A stretch of 64,000 nt of DNA from assembly GCA_002840165.1 (NCBI GenBank), contig PGZN01000005.1:7478-71477 (forward strand), in the 5' to 3' direction. The translations under genes and the position numbers were made by a program. Under the pieces are notes generated by a model. The model did not search any database. It was not told the origin of the DNA and was given only the letters and a program-made list of their open reading frames with translations. Each line of letters starts with the position of its first letter. Position 1 is the first letter of the stretch. Below are positions 46,290 to 56,890 of the stretch, piece after piece. This DNA comes from Firmicutes bacterium HGW-Firmicutes-8. Lineage in GTDB: Bacteria; Bacillota; Thermincolia; Thermincolales; UBA2595.

Positions 46290-47277
46290 CAACCTGTCTG
46301 TTGGGATTGTCGGGACAGGTGTTTACCTGCCGGAGACGGTGTTAACAAACGCTGAACTGGAAAAAACGGTTGACACCAGTGATGAGTGGATCAGATCCAG
46401 GTCAGGCATCTGTGAACGCAGAATCATAAACGAAGGTGAGGCAACTTCCGATATAGCTTGCAGAGCGGCCAGAATGGCTGTACAGGATGCCGGTATTTCA
46501 CTTCAGGAAGTGGATGCCATTGTAGTTGCCACGGTAACCCCTGACATGTTATTTCCCTCTACGGCCTGCCTGGTCCAGAACGGGTTGGGTCTGAACAGGG
46601 TGGCTGCCTTTGATGTGGGGGCAGGGTGTTCAGGGTTCGTCTATGCAATGGGGATTGGCAGCCAGTTTATCAAAACAGGTATGTATAATACAGTCCTGGT
46701 AATTGGGGCCGAGTCGTTGTCCCGGATAATCAATTGGCAGGACAGAAACACCTGTGTCCTTTTTGGGGATGGCGCCGGGGCTGCGGTATTGAGGCCGGTG
46801 CCGGAAGGGTTTGGGATCCTGTCTCTGGACCTGGGGGCAGACGGTTCAGGCGCCGATTTATTAAAACTGCCGGCCGGTGGTTCGCGGATGCCGGTTACCC
46901 ATGAGAACTGTTGTAGCACTGACCATTATTTAAACATGTCCGGCCGGGAGGTTTTCAAATTTGCCGTCAAGATAATCGGTGAGAGCGCATTAAATGCCCT
47001 GGAGAAAGCCGGTTTGGACAAAAAGGATGTCGATTGTTTCATCCCTCACCAGGCTAATATTAGAATAATTGAGGCCGCAGTGAGAAGGCTGAACCTTCCG
47101 ATGGATAAAGTATTTGTAAATGTTCAAAAATACGGCAATACTTCGGCGGCATCAATACCTGTCGCAGTTCATGAAGCAGTGGCCGAGGGAAGGATTAAAA
47201 GAGGTGACATCGTAGTCTTGGTAGGGTTTGGGGCCGGTCTAACCTGGGGCGCCAGTGTAATCAAGTGGGCTAAATAG
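46261..47277 (+). CDS. fabH: 3-oxoacyl-ACP synthase III
   Basis: Active-site context AGCSGFVYA, plus HQAN and GNTSAAS motifs. The start is ambiguous (46261, 46267 or 46276). Confidence 0.9.
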   Translation: MEMILVPNCNNLSVGIVGTGVYLPETVLTNAELEKTVDTSDEWIRSRSGICERRIINEGEATSDIACRAARMAVQDAGISLQEVDAIVVATVTPDMLFPSTACLVQNGLGLNRVAAFDVGAGCSGFVYAMGIGSQFIKTGMYNTVLVIGAESLSRIINWQDRNTCVLFGDGAGAAVLRPVPEGFGILSLDLGADGSGADLLKLPAGGSRMPVTHENCCSTDHYLNMSGREVFKFAVKIIGESALNALEKAGLDKKDVDCFIPHQANIRIIEAAVRRLNLPMDKVFVNVQKYGNTSAASIPVAVHEAVAEGRIKRGDIVVLVGFGAGLTWGASVIKWAK

Positions 47278-47336
47278 CAGATGAAGCTGCGTTTTAGGTT
47301 ACCGGTTGATTTAAATATCAGGGGAGGAGGAATCAG

Positions 47337-48275
47337 ATGATTAGAACACCGTTATGTGATTTATTGGGAATTGAGTACCCGGTTCTCCAGGGGGGGATGG
47401 CTTGGGTCTCCACAGCCAAGCTTGCCGCAGCAGTGTCTGAAGCAGGTGGTTTAGGCATTATCGGTTCAGGGCATAACGATGCCAGGTGGGTCAGAGAACA
47501 GATAATTGAGACCAGAAAGAATACAAGCAAACCGTTTGGTGTTAATGTTATGATGATGTCACCCCATGTCGAGCATGTTATGCAGGTGATTTTAGAGGAA
47601 AGGGTCCCGGTTATTACGACCGGGGCAGGAAATCCGGCGAAATATATCTCACAGCTTAAAGAAATTGGGACGAAAGTAATTCCGGTTATCCCTTCCGTGG
47701 CCTTAGCCCAGAGACTGGAAAAGGCCGGGGTCGATGCGGTTGTAGCAGAAGGAATGGAATCCGGTGGACATATAGGTGAATTAACGACCATGGCGCTGGT
47801 ACCTCAGGTTGTAAGCGGGGTAACTATCCCGGTTATTGCCGCCGGTGGTATTGCTGACGGCAGGGGTCTGGTCGCAGCGCTGGCCCTGGGGGCCCAGGGA
47901 ATACAGATGGGCACGAGGTTTATGTGCGCTTCAGAATGCGAGATACATGAAAATATAAAACAGATGATCCTGAAAGCAAAAGACAGGGATACCACGGTAA
48001 GCGGGCGTTCCACAGGACACCCGATCAGGTCCCTGAAAAACAAGCTGACGAAACAGTATGAAGAAATGGAAAGAAAATGTGTGCCGGTCGAACAACTCGA
48101 AGAGCTTGGCATAGGCCGTCTAAGGGACGCGATGATTGAGGGAGACAGCGAAACAGGTACTGTAGCCTGTGGACAGATCGCCGGACTCGTCAAAGAGATT
48201 CAACCGGCTAAAGTAATTATTGCTGACATTATCCAAGGGGCGGAGGAAGCCATGCGCTCCCTGGGGGTGAGATAG
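47337..48275 (+). CDS. fabK: Enoyl-ACP reductase FabK (NPD/nitronate monooxygenase fold)
   Basis: GGMAWVS.., AAGGIADGRG and QMGTRF motifs, positioned between fabH and fabD. Confidence 0.75.
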   Translation: MIRTPLCDLLGIEYPVLQGGMAWVSTAKLAAAVSEAGGLGIIGSGHNDARWVREQIIETRKNTSKPFGVNVMMMSPHVEHVMQVILEERVPVITTGAGNPAKYISQLKEIGTKVIPVIPSVALAQRLEKAGVDAVVAEGMESGGHIGELTTMALVPQVVSGVTIPVIAAGGIADGRGLVAALALGAQGIQMGTRFMCASECEIHENIKQMILKAKDRDTTVSGRSTGHPIRSLKNKLTKQYEEMERKCVPVEQLEELGIGRLRDAMIEGDSETGTVACGQIAGLVKEIQPAKVIIADIIQGAEEAMRSLGVR

Positions 48276-48276
48276 G

Positions 48277-49212
48277 TTGAAACCGGTTTTTGTTTTCCCC
48301 GGACAGGGGTCCCAAAACGTAGGTATGGGGAAGGAACTGTATGAGAATTTTGCGGCGGCCCGCGAAGTTTTTGAACAGGCCAATGACCTGCTCGGTTTTG
48401 ATATTAAAAAGATGTGTTTTGAAGGGCCCGAAAGCGAGCTGAAAATAACGTCCCACACCCAGCCGGCTATCCTCACAGTCAGTGTGGCAGCATGGCTTAT
48501 CCTGCGAGAACTGGGAGCTGTGCCTGCGGCTGTGGCCGGGCACAGCCTGGGGGAGTACTCGGCTTTGGTTGCTGCCCAAGCCCTTGACTTTGCTGACGCT
48601 GTGAAGCTTGTCCATAAAAGAGGGAAATTCATGCAGGAATGCGCGCCTGCAGGTGGCGGTATGGCCGCCGTCCTGGGACTGGCCGGAGATATCGCTGCCA
48701 AAGCCTGCAGCGAAGCCTCAACAGTGGGGGTTGTTGAAGTTGCCAACTATAACTGCCCTGGTCAGATAGTAATTGCCGGAGAGGCGGCGGCCCTGGAAAA
48801 AGCCGGGGAGCTATGCAGATCATTTGGCGCTAAAAGGGTGATTCCCCTCCAGGTAAGTGGACCTTTTCACTCCAGCTTGATGGTTGAAGCCGGAAAAAGA
48901 CTGGCTGATGAGCTGGCAGGTGTTAAAATTAAAGAACCGGTTTGTCCGGTTGTATCGAATGTCAGCGCTGAGCCGGTTACATCTTCTAGTGATATTAAGG
49001 ACCTGCTCGTCAGACAGGTCAGCAGTTCAGTAAGGTGGGAAGAATGTATCCTCAGGCTGGCAGCACTCAACCCCGGACTTTATGTTGAGGTTGGACCGGG
49101 CAAAGTGCTTACCGGATTAGTCAAAAAGATTATCAGGGACGGAAGGCATGCTAATGTAGAGGATTTATTATCTTTAGAAAATGCCCTTGATGATTTAAAG
49201 GAGGTTTTATAG
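48277..49212 (+). CDS. fabD: Malonyl-CoA:ACP transacylase
   Basis: FPGQGSQ and GHSLGEYSA motifs. Confidence 0.9.
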   Translation: MKPVFVFPGQGSQNVGMGKELYENFAAAREVFEQANDLLGFDIKKMCFEGPESELKITSHTQPAILTVSVAAWLILRELGAVPAAVAGHSLGEYSALVAAQALDFADAVKLVHKRGKFMQECAPAGGGMAAVLGLAGDIAAKACSEASTVGVVEVANYNCPGQIVIAGEAAALEKAGELCRSFGAKRVIPLQVSGPFHSSLMVEAGKRLADELAGVKIKEPVCPVVSNVSAEPVTSSSDIKDLLVRQVSSSVRWEECILRLAALNPGLYVEVGPGKVLTGLVKKIIRDGRHANVEDLLSLENALDDLKEVL

Positions 49213-49213
49213 A

Positions 49214-49957
49214 ATGGTGCTAAAGGACAAAACTGCCATCGTCACCGGTGCGTCAAGGGGAATTGGGAAGGCTATTGCGCTGACCCTGGCCGAAAACGGG
49301 GCAGATGTGGCTGTTATCGACCTTAATCTGGAACAGGCTGATGAGGTTGCTGCCGAGATAAAGCGGATGGGCCGCCGAGCTGTGGCTTTGGCCGGCAATG
49401 TCGCTGACGCTGATTCTGTTGAAGACTTTGTCACAAAGGCTGCCCAAGAACTTGGCAAAATTGATATTTTGGTGAATAATGCAGGTATTACGCGAGATAC
49501 ACTGTTAGTTAGAATGAAGGAAGATGACTGGGACGCGGTCTTAGATGTAAACCTAAAGGGGACATTTAACTGCACCAAAGCTGTGGCCCGGATTATGATG
49601 AAACAGAAATACGGGCGGATTGTGAATATAGCATCAGTTATCGGATTAATGGGCAATGCCGGGCAGGCCAACTACGGGGCTTCCAAGGCAGGTATGATAG
49701 GATTCACTAAGTCCGTTGCCCGGGAACTGGCTTCCCGGAATATTACCGCTAATGCGATAGCCCCCGGATTTATAGTGACAAGTATGACCCAGGTGCTGTC
49801 TGACGATATGAAGGAAAAGCTGAAAGAACAGATACCCCTGGCCAGACTTGGCACTCCCAGCGATGTGGCTAACGCCGTGTTGTTTTTTGCCTCTGATGCG
49901 GCCAGTTATATTACTGGGCAGACCATTGCCGTTGACGGCGGGATGGTAATGCAGTAA
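49214..49957 (+). CDS. fabG: 3-oxoacyl-ACP reductase
   Basis: TGASRGIG, NNAG, YGASKAG (SDR). Confidence 0.9.
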   Translation: MVLKDKTAIVTGASRGIGKAIALTLAENGADVAVIDLNLEQADEVAAEIKRMGRRAVALAGNVADADSVEDFVTKAAQELGKIDILVNNAGITRDTLLVRMKEDDWDAVLDVNLKGTFNCTKAVARIMMKQKYGRIVNIASVIGLMGNAGQANYGASKAGMIGFTKSVARELASRNITANAIAPGFIVTSMTQVLSDDMKEKLKEQIPLARLGTPSDVANAVLFFASDAASYITGQTIAVDGGMVMQ

Positions 49958-49997
49958 TTTAAAAATAATTTAATGTTCTTTGGAAGGAGGTGTCAAT

Positions 49998-50237
49998 ATG
50001 TCATCTGTGTATGATAAGGTTAAAGCAATTATTGTTGAGCAGCTGGGTGTGGAAGAAGAAGAAGTTAAGATGGAATCCACTTTTGTTGACGATATGGGGG
50101 CTGATTCTCTCGATATAGTCGAGCTTGTAATGGCCCTTGAAGAAGAGTTCGATACAGAGATTCCCGACGAAGATGCTGAAAAAATCAAAACTGTTGGTGA
50201 TGCTGTAAAATATATCGAAGATAGAGAGAATCAATAG
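49998..50237 (+). CDS. acpP: Acyl carrier protein
   Basis: [33 protein letters not shown] before ATG 49998. Confidence 0.9.
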   Translation: MSSVYDKVKAIIVEQLGVEEEEVKMESTFVDDMGADSLDIVELVMALEEEFDTEIPDEDAEKIKTVGDAVKYIEDRENQ

Positions 50238-50320
50238 AGACGGCTTTGTCAAGGTCCTTTACCGGATATAGGACCTTTCCCGGATTTGTCCTCTTTGTTT
50301 TGAAGAATGGAGGAAAATAA

Positions 50321-51280
50321 GTGAAACTTACGGATTTAGAAATTGGTCACTTGATACCCAAACTGCCGATTATTCAAGGTGGGATGGCAGTTAGAATATC
50401 TACCGCTCCCCTGGCCGCAGCTGTTGCGGAGGAGGGGGGGATAGGTTTGATTGCGGCAACTGGGATGAGTGTAGAGGAATTAAAACAAGAAATAGCAAAA
50501 GCCCGTGATTTGACAAAAGGCATTATCGGTATCAACATAATGTTCGCTGCCTCCCAGTTTGCCAATCTGGTGAAAGCTGCAATTGAAGAGGGTATTGACC
50601 TGGTAGTTTCCGGAGCAGGATTTTCCCGGGATATGTTTTCATGGGGGAAATCGGCCGGTATACCTATAGTTCCCATAGTTTCTTCACCGAAATTAGCCCA
50701 GTTATCAGAGAAACTGGGCGCCGCAGCCGTTGTCGTAGAAGGAAAAGAAGCCGGAGGACATTTAGGGACAACTTTATCAATGAAAGAGCTTCTGCCAAAA
50801 GTAAAACAGGCTGTCAAAATACCGGTTATCGCTGCTGGCGGGATTATTGACGGGAAGGCTGTTAAAGAAGCTCTGAGCCTGGGCGCCGACGGTGTGCAGA
50901 TGGGTACCAGGTTTGCGGCCAGTAAGGAAAGTAATGCTTCTGATGAATTTAAAAAGATGTATCTCGATGCTAAACCGGAAGATGTTGTTTTGATCGACAG
51001 CCCGGTGGGACTTAAGGGCAGGTGTATTTTAAATGCCTTTGTAAAGAGGTTATTTAACGGTGACAATTTGAAACCAAATGAGTGTGACAACTGCCTGAAA
51101 CATTGTTCCCGGAGTTTTTGTATCCTCAAGGCCCTGATTAGGGCACAGCAGGGCGATGTTGAAACCGGCCTCGTATTCTCAGGTGAAAGGGTCGGTGAAA
51201 TCAAAGACGTACTTTCAGTAAAAGATATCATTAAAAACCTTATTTTCGAAATGGAACAGCCCGAAGTGGGGTGTGATTAA
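50321..51280 (+). CDS. Second NPD/nitronate-monooxygenase-fold protein (FabK-like paralog)
   Basis: [10 protein letters not shown].., AAGGIIDGK and QMGTRF motifs, with an extra Cys-rich C-terminal segment ([13 protein letters not shown]). Confidence 0.7.
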   Translation: MKLTDLEIGHLIPKLPIIQGGMAVRISTAPLAAAVAEEGGIGLIAATGMSVEELKQEIAKARDLTKGIIGINIMFAASQFANLVKAAIEEGIDLVVSGAGFSRDMFSWGKSAGIPIVPIVSSPKLAQLSEKLGAAAVVVEGKEAGGHLGTTLSMKELLPKVKQAVKIPVIAAGGIIDGKAVKEALSLGADGVQMGTRFAASKESNASDEFKKMYLDAKPEDVVLIDSPVGLKGRCILNAFVKRLFNGDNLKPNECDNCLKHCSRSFCILKALIRAQQGDVETGLVFSGERVGEIKDVLSVKDIIKNLIFEMEQPEVGCD

Positions 51281-52518
51281 TGAAAAAAAGAGTAGTAATT
51301 ACCGGCCTGGGTCTGGTGACACCCGTCGGGCTTGGGAAGGAAGCCTTCTGGACTTCTTTGGTCAACGGCAGAAGCGGTATTGTATCAATATCACGTTTTG
51401 ATGCCAGTGAACTGGCTACCAAAATAGCTGGGGAAGTTAGGGATTTTGACCCCTTAAATTACCTGGACAAAAAAGAAGCACGCCGGATGGACAGGTTTAC
51501 CCATTTTGCCTGTGCCGCGACTCAAATGGCCCTGGAGGATGCCGGCCTGACGCCTGAAGGTCTGGCCTCGGAAACAGTAGGGGTAATAATCGGGTCCGGG
51601 GTTGGCGGGATAGAGACAGTTGAAGAACAGGCCAGAGTACTTTTTTCTAAGGGACCCAGCCGGGTCAGCCCTTTTTTTGTGCCGATGATGATTGCCAATA
51701 TCGCCGGCGCCCAAATCGCCATCAATTTCGGTTTTAAAGGGCCCAATCTAACTACCGTGACCGCCTGTGCATCAAGTACAAACTCTATCGGAGAAGCCTT
51801 CCGGCTGATCCAGAACGGTGAAATTGAAGTGATGGTGACCGGTGGTACGGAAGCGCCTGTTATACCTTTGGCGATGGCGGGATTCTGTGCGATGAGGGCA
51901 ATGTCTACAAAAAATGACACCCCTGATAAAGCCAGCCGGCCATTTGATGCGGAACGGGACGGTTTTGTAATGGGTGAGGGGGCTGGTATTTTTATCATCG
52001 AATCACTTGAGCATGCCCAGGCCAGAGGGGCTCATATTTATGCTGAGGTGGCCGGATATGGGGTTACCTGTGATGCTTATCATATCACAGCTACTGATCC
52101 CGATGGCGCGGGTGCGGCCAAGGCGATGGAAATGTCCATTAAGGACGCCGGGCTTAACCCTGAAGATGTCGATTATATAAATGCTCATGGGACTTCAACC
52201 CCAATTGGTGATACCAGCGAAACGAAGGCTGTTAAAAGCCTGTTTGGCAGTTATGCCGGAAAACTGGCGATCAGTTCAACGAAGTCTATGACCGGACATT
52301 TGCTCGGCGCCGCCGGAGGAATTGAGACAATTGCCTGTGCCCTGGCAATCGAAACAGGAGAAATTCCCCCGACTATAAACTATGAAAATCCTGACCCGGA
52401 ATGTGACCTGAATTACGTTCCAAATAAATCGATCCGTAAAGAAGTTAATGTTGCTATGTCAAATTCTTTTGGCTTTGGCGGTCACAATGCCACTGTTTTG
52501 GTGAAAAAGTATCAATAG
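51280..52518 (+). CDS. fabF: 3-oxoacyl-ACP synthase II
   Basis: ACASS active site, [21 protein letters not shown]. Confidence 0.9.
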   Translation: MKKRVVITGLGLVTPVGLGKEAFWTSLVNGRSGIVSISRFDASELATKIAGEVRDFDPLNYLDKKEARRMDRFTHFACAATQMALEDAGLTPEGLASETVGVIIGSGVGGIETVEEQARVLFSKGPSRVSPFFVPMMIANIAGAQIAINFGFKGPNLTTVTACASSTNSIGEAFRLIQNGEIEVMVTGGTEAPVIPLAMAGFCAMRAMSTKNDTPDKASRPFDAERDGFVMGEGAGIFIIESLEHAQARGAHIYAEVAGYGVTCDAYHITATDPDGAGAAKAMEMSIKDAGLNPEDVDYINAHGTSTPIGDTSETKAVKSLFGSYAGKLAISSTKSMTGHLLGAAGGIETIACALAIETGEIPPTINYENPDPECDLNYVPNKSIRKEVNVAMSNSFGFGGHNATVLVKKYQ

Positions 52519-52543
52519 AAAATTAATTGTTTTTTCGAATCAG

Positions 52544-53293
52544 GTGATCGAAGTGCTCGCAAATTATCCGACACTGCAAATATTATCAGATATGCTTGGA
52601 ATTGCATGGAACAATCACGAGTATTTTATCCAAGCCCTTACCCACAGTTCTTATGCCCATGAAAACAAGCATTTGAACATGGAACACAACCAGCGTTTGG
52701 AGTTTTTAGGTGATGCTGTTTTAGAGCTGGCTGTCAGCGATTATCTATACCGCAACTTTCCTAATTATCCTGAGGGAACACTGACGAAGGTTAGGGCAGG
52801 GATAGTTTGTGAACCTTCCTTGGCTTTAGTGTCCAAGGAATTAAATTTGGGAGAGTTCCTTTTGATGGGTAAAGGTGAAGAACGGAGCGGCGGTCGAAAG
52901 CGCCCCTCTATACTTGCTGATGCTATGGAATCCCTAATCGGGGCCGTCTACTTAGACCAGGGTATGGTTGGGGCATTTTTGTTTATTCTCAACAGGCTGG
53001 CTCCGGTTATTCAGAAGGTTACGCGAAACGGTGGTTTAAATACGGACTTCAAAACCCAGCTGCAGGAATTTGCCCAAAAAAACTCTGATGGGATTTTAGG
53101 CTATAAAATCATTGAAGAACACGGTCCGGACCACTGTAAGACCTTTGTGGCTGAAGTCAGTTACGGGGGCGAATTGTGGGGCTCAGGCAGCGGCCGGACC
53201 AAAAAAGAAGCCGAACAGGCTGCGGCGAGACATGCCCTGGAAAAGCTGAGTTCCAGTGAACTGGACTTTTCCAATGGTGAAAACGATGAGTAA
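52544..53293 (+). CDS. rnc: Ribonuclease III
   Basis: ERLEFLGDAVLEL signature and a C-terminal dsRBD (GSGRTKKEAEQAAA). Confidence 0.9.
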   Translation: MIEVLANYPTLQILSDMLGIAWNNHEYFIQALTHSSYAHENKHLNMEHNQRLEFLGDAVLELAVSDYLYRNFPNYPEGTLTKVRAGIVCEPSLALVSKELNLGEFLLMGKGEERSGGRKRPSILADAMESLIGAVYLDQGMVGAFLFILNRLAPVIQKVTRNGGLNTDFKTQLQEFAQKNSDGILGYKIIEEHGPDHCKTFVAEVSYGGELWGSGSGRTKKEAEQAAARHALEKLSSSELDFSNGENDE

Positions 53294-54362
53294 ATCTCAC
53301 TATATAATTCCAGTTTTTGTCCCTGACCTTGGCTGTCCGCATCAGTGTGTTTTCTGTAATCAGAAAATGATTACCGGACAGGTGAGCTGCCCCACTCAAG
53401 AAGAAGTGCAGCTGACAATTACCGACTATCTAGGCACTATCCCGAGGGAGACTGGGATATTCAAAGAAGTGGCCTTCTACGGGGGAAGTTTTACATCTGT
53501 TGACCCACTCCTGCAGAAAGAACTCCTGACTCCGGCCTATAAGGCGCTGAAAAGCGGCGCTATTGAAGGCATCAGGGTATCGACAAGGCCGGATTCAATA
53601 TCGGAAGAGACGTTAGCCCTGCTGGCAAGCTACGGGGTAAGTATCGTTGAATTAGGAGTACAGTCAATGGATGATGAGGTCCTTTGCCGGTCAGGCCGGG
53701 GCCACACGAGCAGGGATGTTCTGCGGGCAGCTGCCTTAATCAAGAGTTGGGGCATCGACTTGGGGTTTCAGATGATGATTGGCCTCCCGGGAGATACAGA
53801 AGAGAAGGATATATTTACAGCATCTGAACTAATCAGCATGAAACCGGATTTGGTGCGAATTTATCCCTGCTTGGTATTGAAAAACACCAGATTGGCAGAT
53901 TTACACAAAAACGGTGATTATATTCCGCTTAATCTTGAACAGGCAGTAGTTTGCTGTAAAAGACTACTGCTGATGTTTGAAAACGCAGGAATAAACGTTA
54001 TCAGGATTGGATTACAGCCAAGCGAGCAGATCAACCTGCAGGGCGATGTGCTGGCCGGGCCGTATCATCCGGCTTTCCGTGAACTTGTGGAAACAGCAGC
54101 AGCCCGTGACCAAGTGGAACTGCTGCTGAAAAAGGCCGGCGTAAAATCGGCAAAGTTAATCGAAATTGCTGTCCCGGAGCAGGACATCTCTATAACTAGG
54201 GGGCATAAAGGGAGCAATATCGAGTATTTCAGCCGAAATCACGGAGTAACCGATTTTGTTACCGTAACAGCCCCTGAACTACCCCGCGGCACATTAAAAT
54301 TAATCAGTGTCGACGGCAGGGAGTATGGATTCACAGTAAGTAGAAAAGAACTTAGTTGCTAG
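53286..54362 (+). CDS. Radical SAM protein (Elp3/MiaB-like core)
   Basis: CPHQCVFCNQ CxxxCxxC motif near the N-terminus. The stop TAG is the first unit of a TAGTTGC array. Confidence 0.75.
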   Translation: MSKSHYIIPVFVPDLGCPHQCVFCNQKMITGQVSCPTQEEVQLTITDYLGTIPRETGIFKEVAFYGGSFTSVDPLLQKELLTPAYKALKSGAIEGIRVSTRPDSISEETLALLASYGVSIVELGVQSMDDEVLCRSGRGHTSRDVLRAAALIKSWGIDLGFQMMIGLPGDTEEKDIFTASELISMKPDLVRIYPCLVLKNTRLADLHKNGDYIPLNLEQAVVCCKRLLLMFENAGINVIRIGLQPSEQINLQGDVLAGPYHPAFRELVETAAARDQVELLLKKAGVKSAKLIEIAVPEQDISITRGHKGSNIEYFSRNHGVTDFVTVTAPELPRGTLKLISVDGREYGFTVSRKELSC

Positions 54363-54526
54363 TTGCTAGTTCCTAGTTGCTAGTATAGAGTAGGATTCAA
54401 GAGAAAAAAATGGACAGTACCTGCTTTGCGGGGACTGTCCATTTACATATTACGCTAAATACCCAACAATGAAACATTACACACTAGCACCTAACAACTA
54501 ACAACTAGCAACTAGCACCTAGCAAC
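54353..54526. repeat. Heptamer-array inverted-repeat module with internal bidirectional hairpin (54410-54442)
   Basis: (TAGTTGC/TAGTTCC)x4 at 54353-54385, the hairpin ATGGACAGT/ACTGTCCAT flanked by A7 and T3, and (CTAGCAC/CTAACAA/CTAGCAA)x6 at 54483-54526. Confidence 0.85.
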
Positions 54527-54532
54527 TGCTTT

Positions 54533-54982
54533 TCACACTTGAAACACCATCAGCTCTTCTATCATATTAGTGGCCCATGATTTCATAAAACCCAGTTTAA
54601 TTAGTTCCCGGCAGTGCAGAATACTCTTTTTTCCTGCTTCCGGGTCGAGCTTATGGTTATCATAATGGATTTGAGCCAGATTGGCATGGGTCCAAGCCGC
54701 ATCTTCAGGATCAGCAGCAATTGACAGGGCGTGGTCCAGCAGTTTTTTGGCGAATTCGAATTCCCTGTGAGGGATAGCATTGGCCGCAGTTGCCCAAAGA
54801 AACTGAGCCCCGTTGGTGACGACAAAACACCCCTCACAGTTAGGGGAACAGTTAGGAATTTTTTGAGGAGTACAGTTAAGGTACTTTGAGTACTTAGCGA
54901 AATTTGACTTGTCGTCAACAGAAAGGGAAAAGTAAAATTCGGTTAAACCAAAGGACTTTAGTGTCCGCACTAAATCTTGCAT
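54533..54982 (-). CDS. Hypothetical 149-aa protein with C-x8-C-x3-C-x2-C motif
   Basis: ORF with NCTPQKIPNCSPNCEGC and a helical, TPR-like C-terminal half. I recognise no family. It is bracketed by two heptamer modules. Confidence 0.5.
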   Translation of the reverse strand: MQDLVRTLKSFGLTEFYFSLSVDDKSNFAKYSKYLNCTPQKIPNCSPNCEGCFVVTNGAQFLWATAANAIPHREFEFAKKLLDHALSIAADPEDAAWTHANLAQIHYDNHKLDPEAGKKSILHCRELIKLGFMKSWATNMIEELMVFQV

Positions 54983-55050
54983 GCCAAATCTCCTTTTACA
55001 ATTTACCGTTACTCTACCCCAATTTATTGCATGATATGTAAAAAACAGGT

Positions 55051-55342
55051 GCTAGTTCCTAGTTCCTAGTTGCTAGTTGCAAGTACTGGTGATAAATGAA
55101 TTATGAGAATGTGTGGCAGGTAAAAAAGAATGACGGTTCGCGTTGAGATGCGAACCGTCATTTATAAAACCGGATTCATAAGCTGCTTTAGCGGAAACGG
55201 TCTCTGCAGCAACAAGTAGCAGCAGGGCTTCAGGGCATACTGAAGATAAAACATACTGTTATGTACAAGCTACAAAACTGAACTTAGCAACTGCGAACTA
55301 GCAACTAGCAACTAGCAACTAGCAACTAGCAACTAGCAACTA
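55051..55342. repeat. Heptamer-array inverted-repeat module: (TAGTTCC/TAGTTGC)x4, GGTTCGCG hairpin (55130-55163), (TAGCAAC)x8
   Basis: Arrays at 55051-55083 and 55285-55342. The hairpin AATGACGGTTCGC/GCGAACCGTCATT has a T run on the minus strand and so acts as the cobT terminator. The internal ..AGGGCAT.. segment resembles the 44386-44557 module. Confidence 0.85.
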
Positions 55343-55344
55343 TA

Positions 55345-56385
55345 TCACATGCCTATATCCTTAAACGTGGCCATCTCATTCAATATTTTTATTGAGGCAT
55401 CCAGGATATTCATCGCCAGGGCAGCCCCTGTGCCTTCCCCGAGCCTCATCTTCATGTCAAGCATAGGCATTAACCCGATAGATTCCAACATTATTCTATG
55501 GGCCTGCTCGGCTGAGCAGTGAGAAGGAATCATGAAGTTTACTGATTTGGGAGCCAGACGTGCTGCCACCAGGGCGCCGGCGCTGCAGATAAATCCGTCA
55601 ATGACAACAGGGACCCTGTTGGCGGCAGCCGCCAGGATAGTTCCGGCAATCCCCGCAATTTCGAGCCCTCCGACCTTGGCCAGGACATCAATGGGGTCAT
55701 TTGGGTCAGGTTTGTTGATTTCGATGGCTGACCTGATGATGTTGGCCTTATTGGCCTGAGCTTCGTCATTAACCCCTGTCCCGCGGCCCGTCACTTCTTC
55801 CGGGGTAAAACCTCCAAATACAGCTAACAGAGCGCTGCTCGGGGTAGTGTTGCCGATGCCCATATCACCGGTGCCCAGGACGACGGCGCCTTTTTTGATT
55901 TCTTCATTCGCGATATCTATCCCCACTTCGACTGCGCGGACAGCTTCGTCACGTGTCATGGCCGGACCCTTGGCCATATTGTCTGTGCCTGGTTTAACTT
56001 TTCTATTCAGCACCCCCGGGTGTTCGATGGGTGAGGCGACTCCGATATCGACTGCGGTAACAGATGCCCCGACATGTCTGGCTAAAACACTAACCCCGGC
56101 TACACCGTTGGGGAACTGGGGCATCATCAGTGTCGTTACGATTGATGGGAAAGCGCTGACTCCTTCCTGGACGACCCCGTGGTCTCCGCCCATGACGATA
56201 ATTGCCTTTTTGCCGATTTTGGGCCTCGGTTCTCCGTAAATCCCGCTGAGCTGTAAGGCCAGTTCCTCTAAAACACCCAGACTGCCCGGTGGTTTAATAA
56301 GATTGTTCAGCCTGTCCTGGGTTTCCTCCATAGATATGCGGTCTAAGTCACCGATTTGGGAAATTGTTTTTTCCAATAAACTCAT
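55345..56385 (-). CDS. cobT: Nicotinate-nucleotide--dimethylbenzimidazole phosphoribosyltransferase
   Basis: GDMGIGNTT.. and RLGEGTGA motifs. RBS AAAGGAGGAG before ATG 56385. Confidence 0.9.
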   Translation of the reverse strand: MSLLEKTISQIGDLDRISMEETQDRLNNLIKPPGSLGVLEELALQLSGIYGEPRPKIGKKAIIVMGGDHGVVQEGVSAFPSIVTTLMMPQFPNGVAGVSVLARHVGASVTAVDIGVASPIEHPGVLNRKVKPGTDNMAKGPAMTRDEAVRAVEVGIDIANEEIKKGAVVLGTGDMGIGNTTPSSALLAVFGGFTPEEVTGRGTGVNDEAQANKANIIRSAIEINKPDPNDPIDVLAKVGGLEIAGIAGTILAAAANRVPVVIDGFICSAGALVAARLAPKSVNFMIPSHCSAEQAHRIMLESIGLMPMLDMKMRLGEGTGAALAMNILDASIKILNEMATFKDIGM

Positions 56386-56414
56386 TTTTACTCCTCCTTT
56401 ATGATTTTTGGCAA

Positions 56415-56448
56415 AATAAAAAGTTCGCAACCTTTTCAGGTTGTGAAC
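56415..56448 (-). terminator. Expression-platform terminator of the cobalamin riboswitch
   Basis: Minus strand: GTTCACAACC-TGAAAA-GGTTGCGAAC followed by TTTTT, about 30 nt upstream of the cobT RBS. Confidence 0.7.
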
Positions 56449-56454
56449 TTTACC

Positions 56455-56636
56455 ATCCTTCACATAAACCAGCTGGTTTAACAGCTAATGGCAGGTCTCC
56501 TGGCTTGTGGTCATCACATGCATTCGCCTTCCCCGGAGCGGCCGAGTGGCTGTTGAAGCATGTTCCTCACATACAGTGGCGGGTCCGCTTGGGATTTGCA
56601 CCCAATTCCCTATTCTCCTCTTTGAGGCACCAATAA
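56455..56636 (-). ncRNA. Cobalamin (B12) riboswitch aptamer
   Basis: The minus strand reads ..GGTGCCTCAAAGAGGAGAATAGGGAATTGGGTGCAAATCCCAAGCGGACCCGCCACTGTA.. and ends with the B12 box AGCCAGGAGACCTGCC (56490-56505). Confidence 0.85.
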
Positions 56637-56890
56637 CTTTTTTGTGGAATATTCTAAAAATTATATTCTAGACAGCCCTTAAAAATCCTGCTATTTAGGG
56701 AAAAAAATATTTTTTTTATAAGTGCTCAAAACCTTTCTTAGGTAATCGGGAGGCCAGAGGCCCTTTGTCGCAAAATAGGAGAAAATGTCGTCAAAAACCG
56801 ATGGTCTATAGGAGGAAACGTAATATAAAATGTAGAATTGATAATATTCACATGGAAATAAAACCAGTCTTGCCAAATTTACTATAAAGG

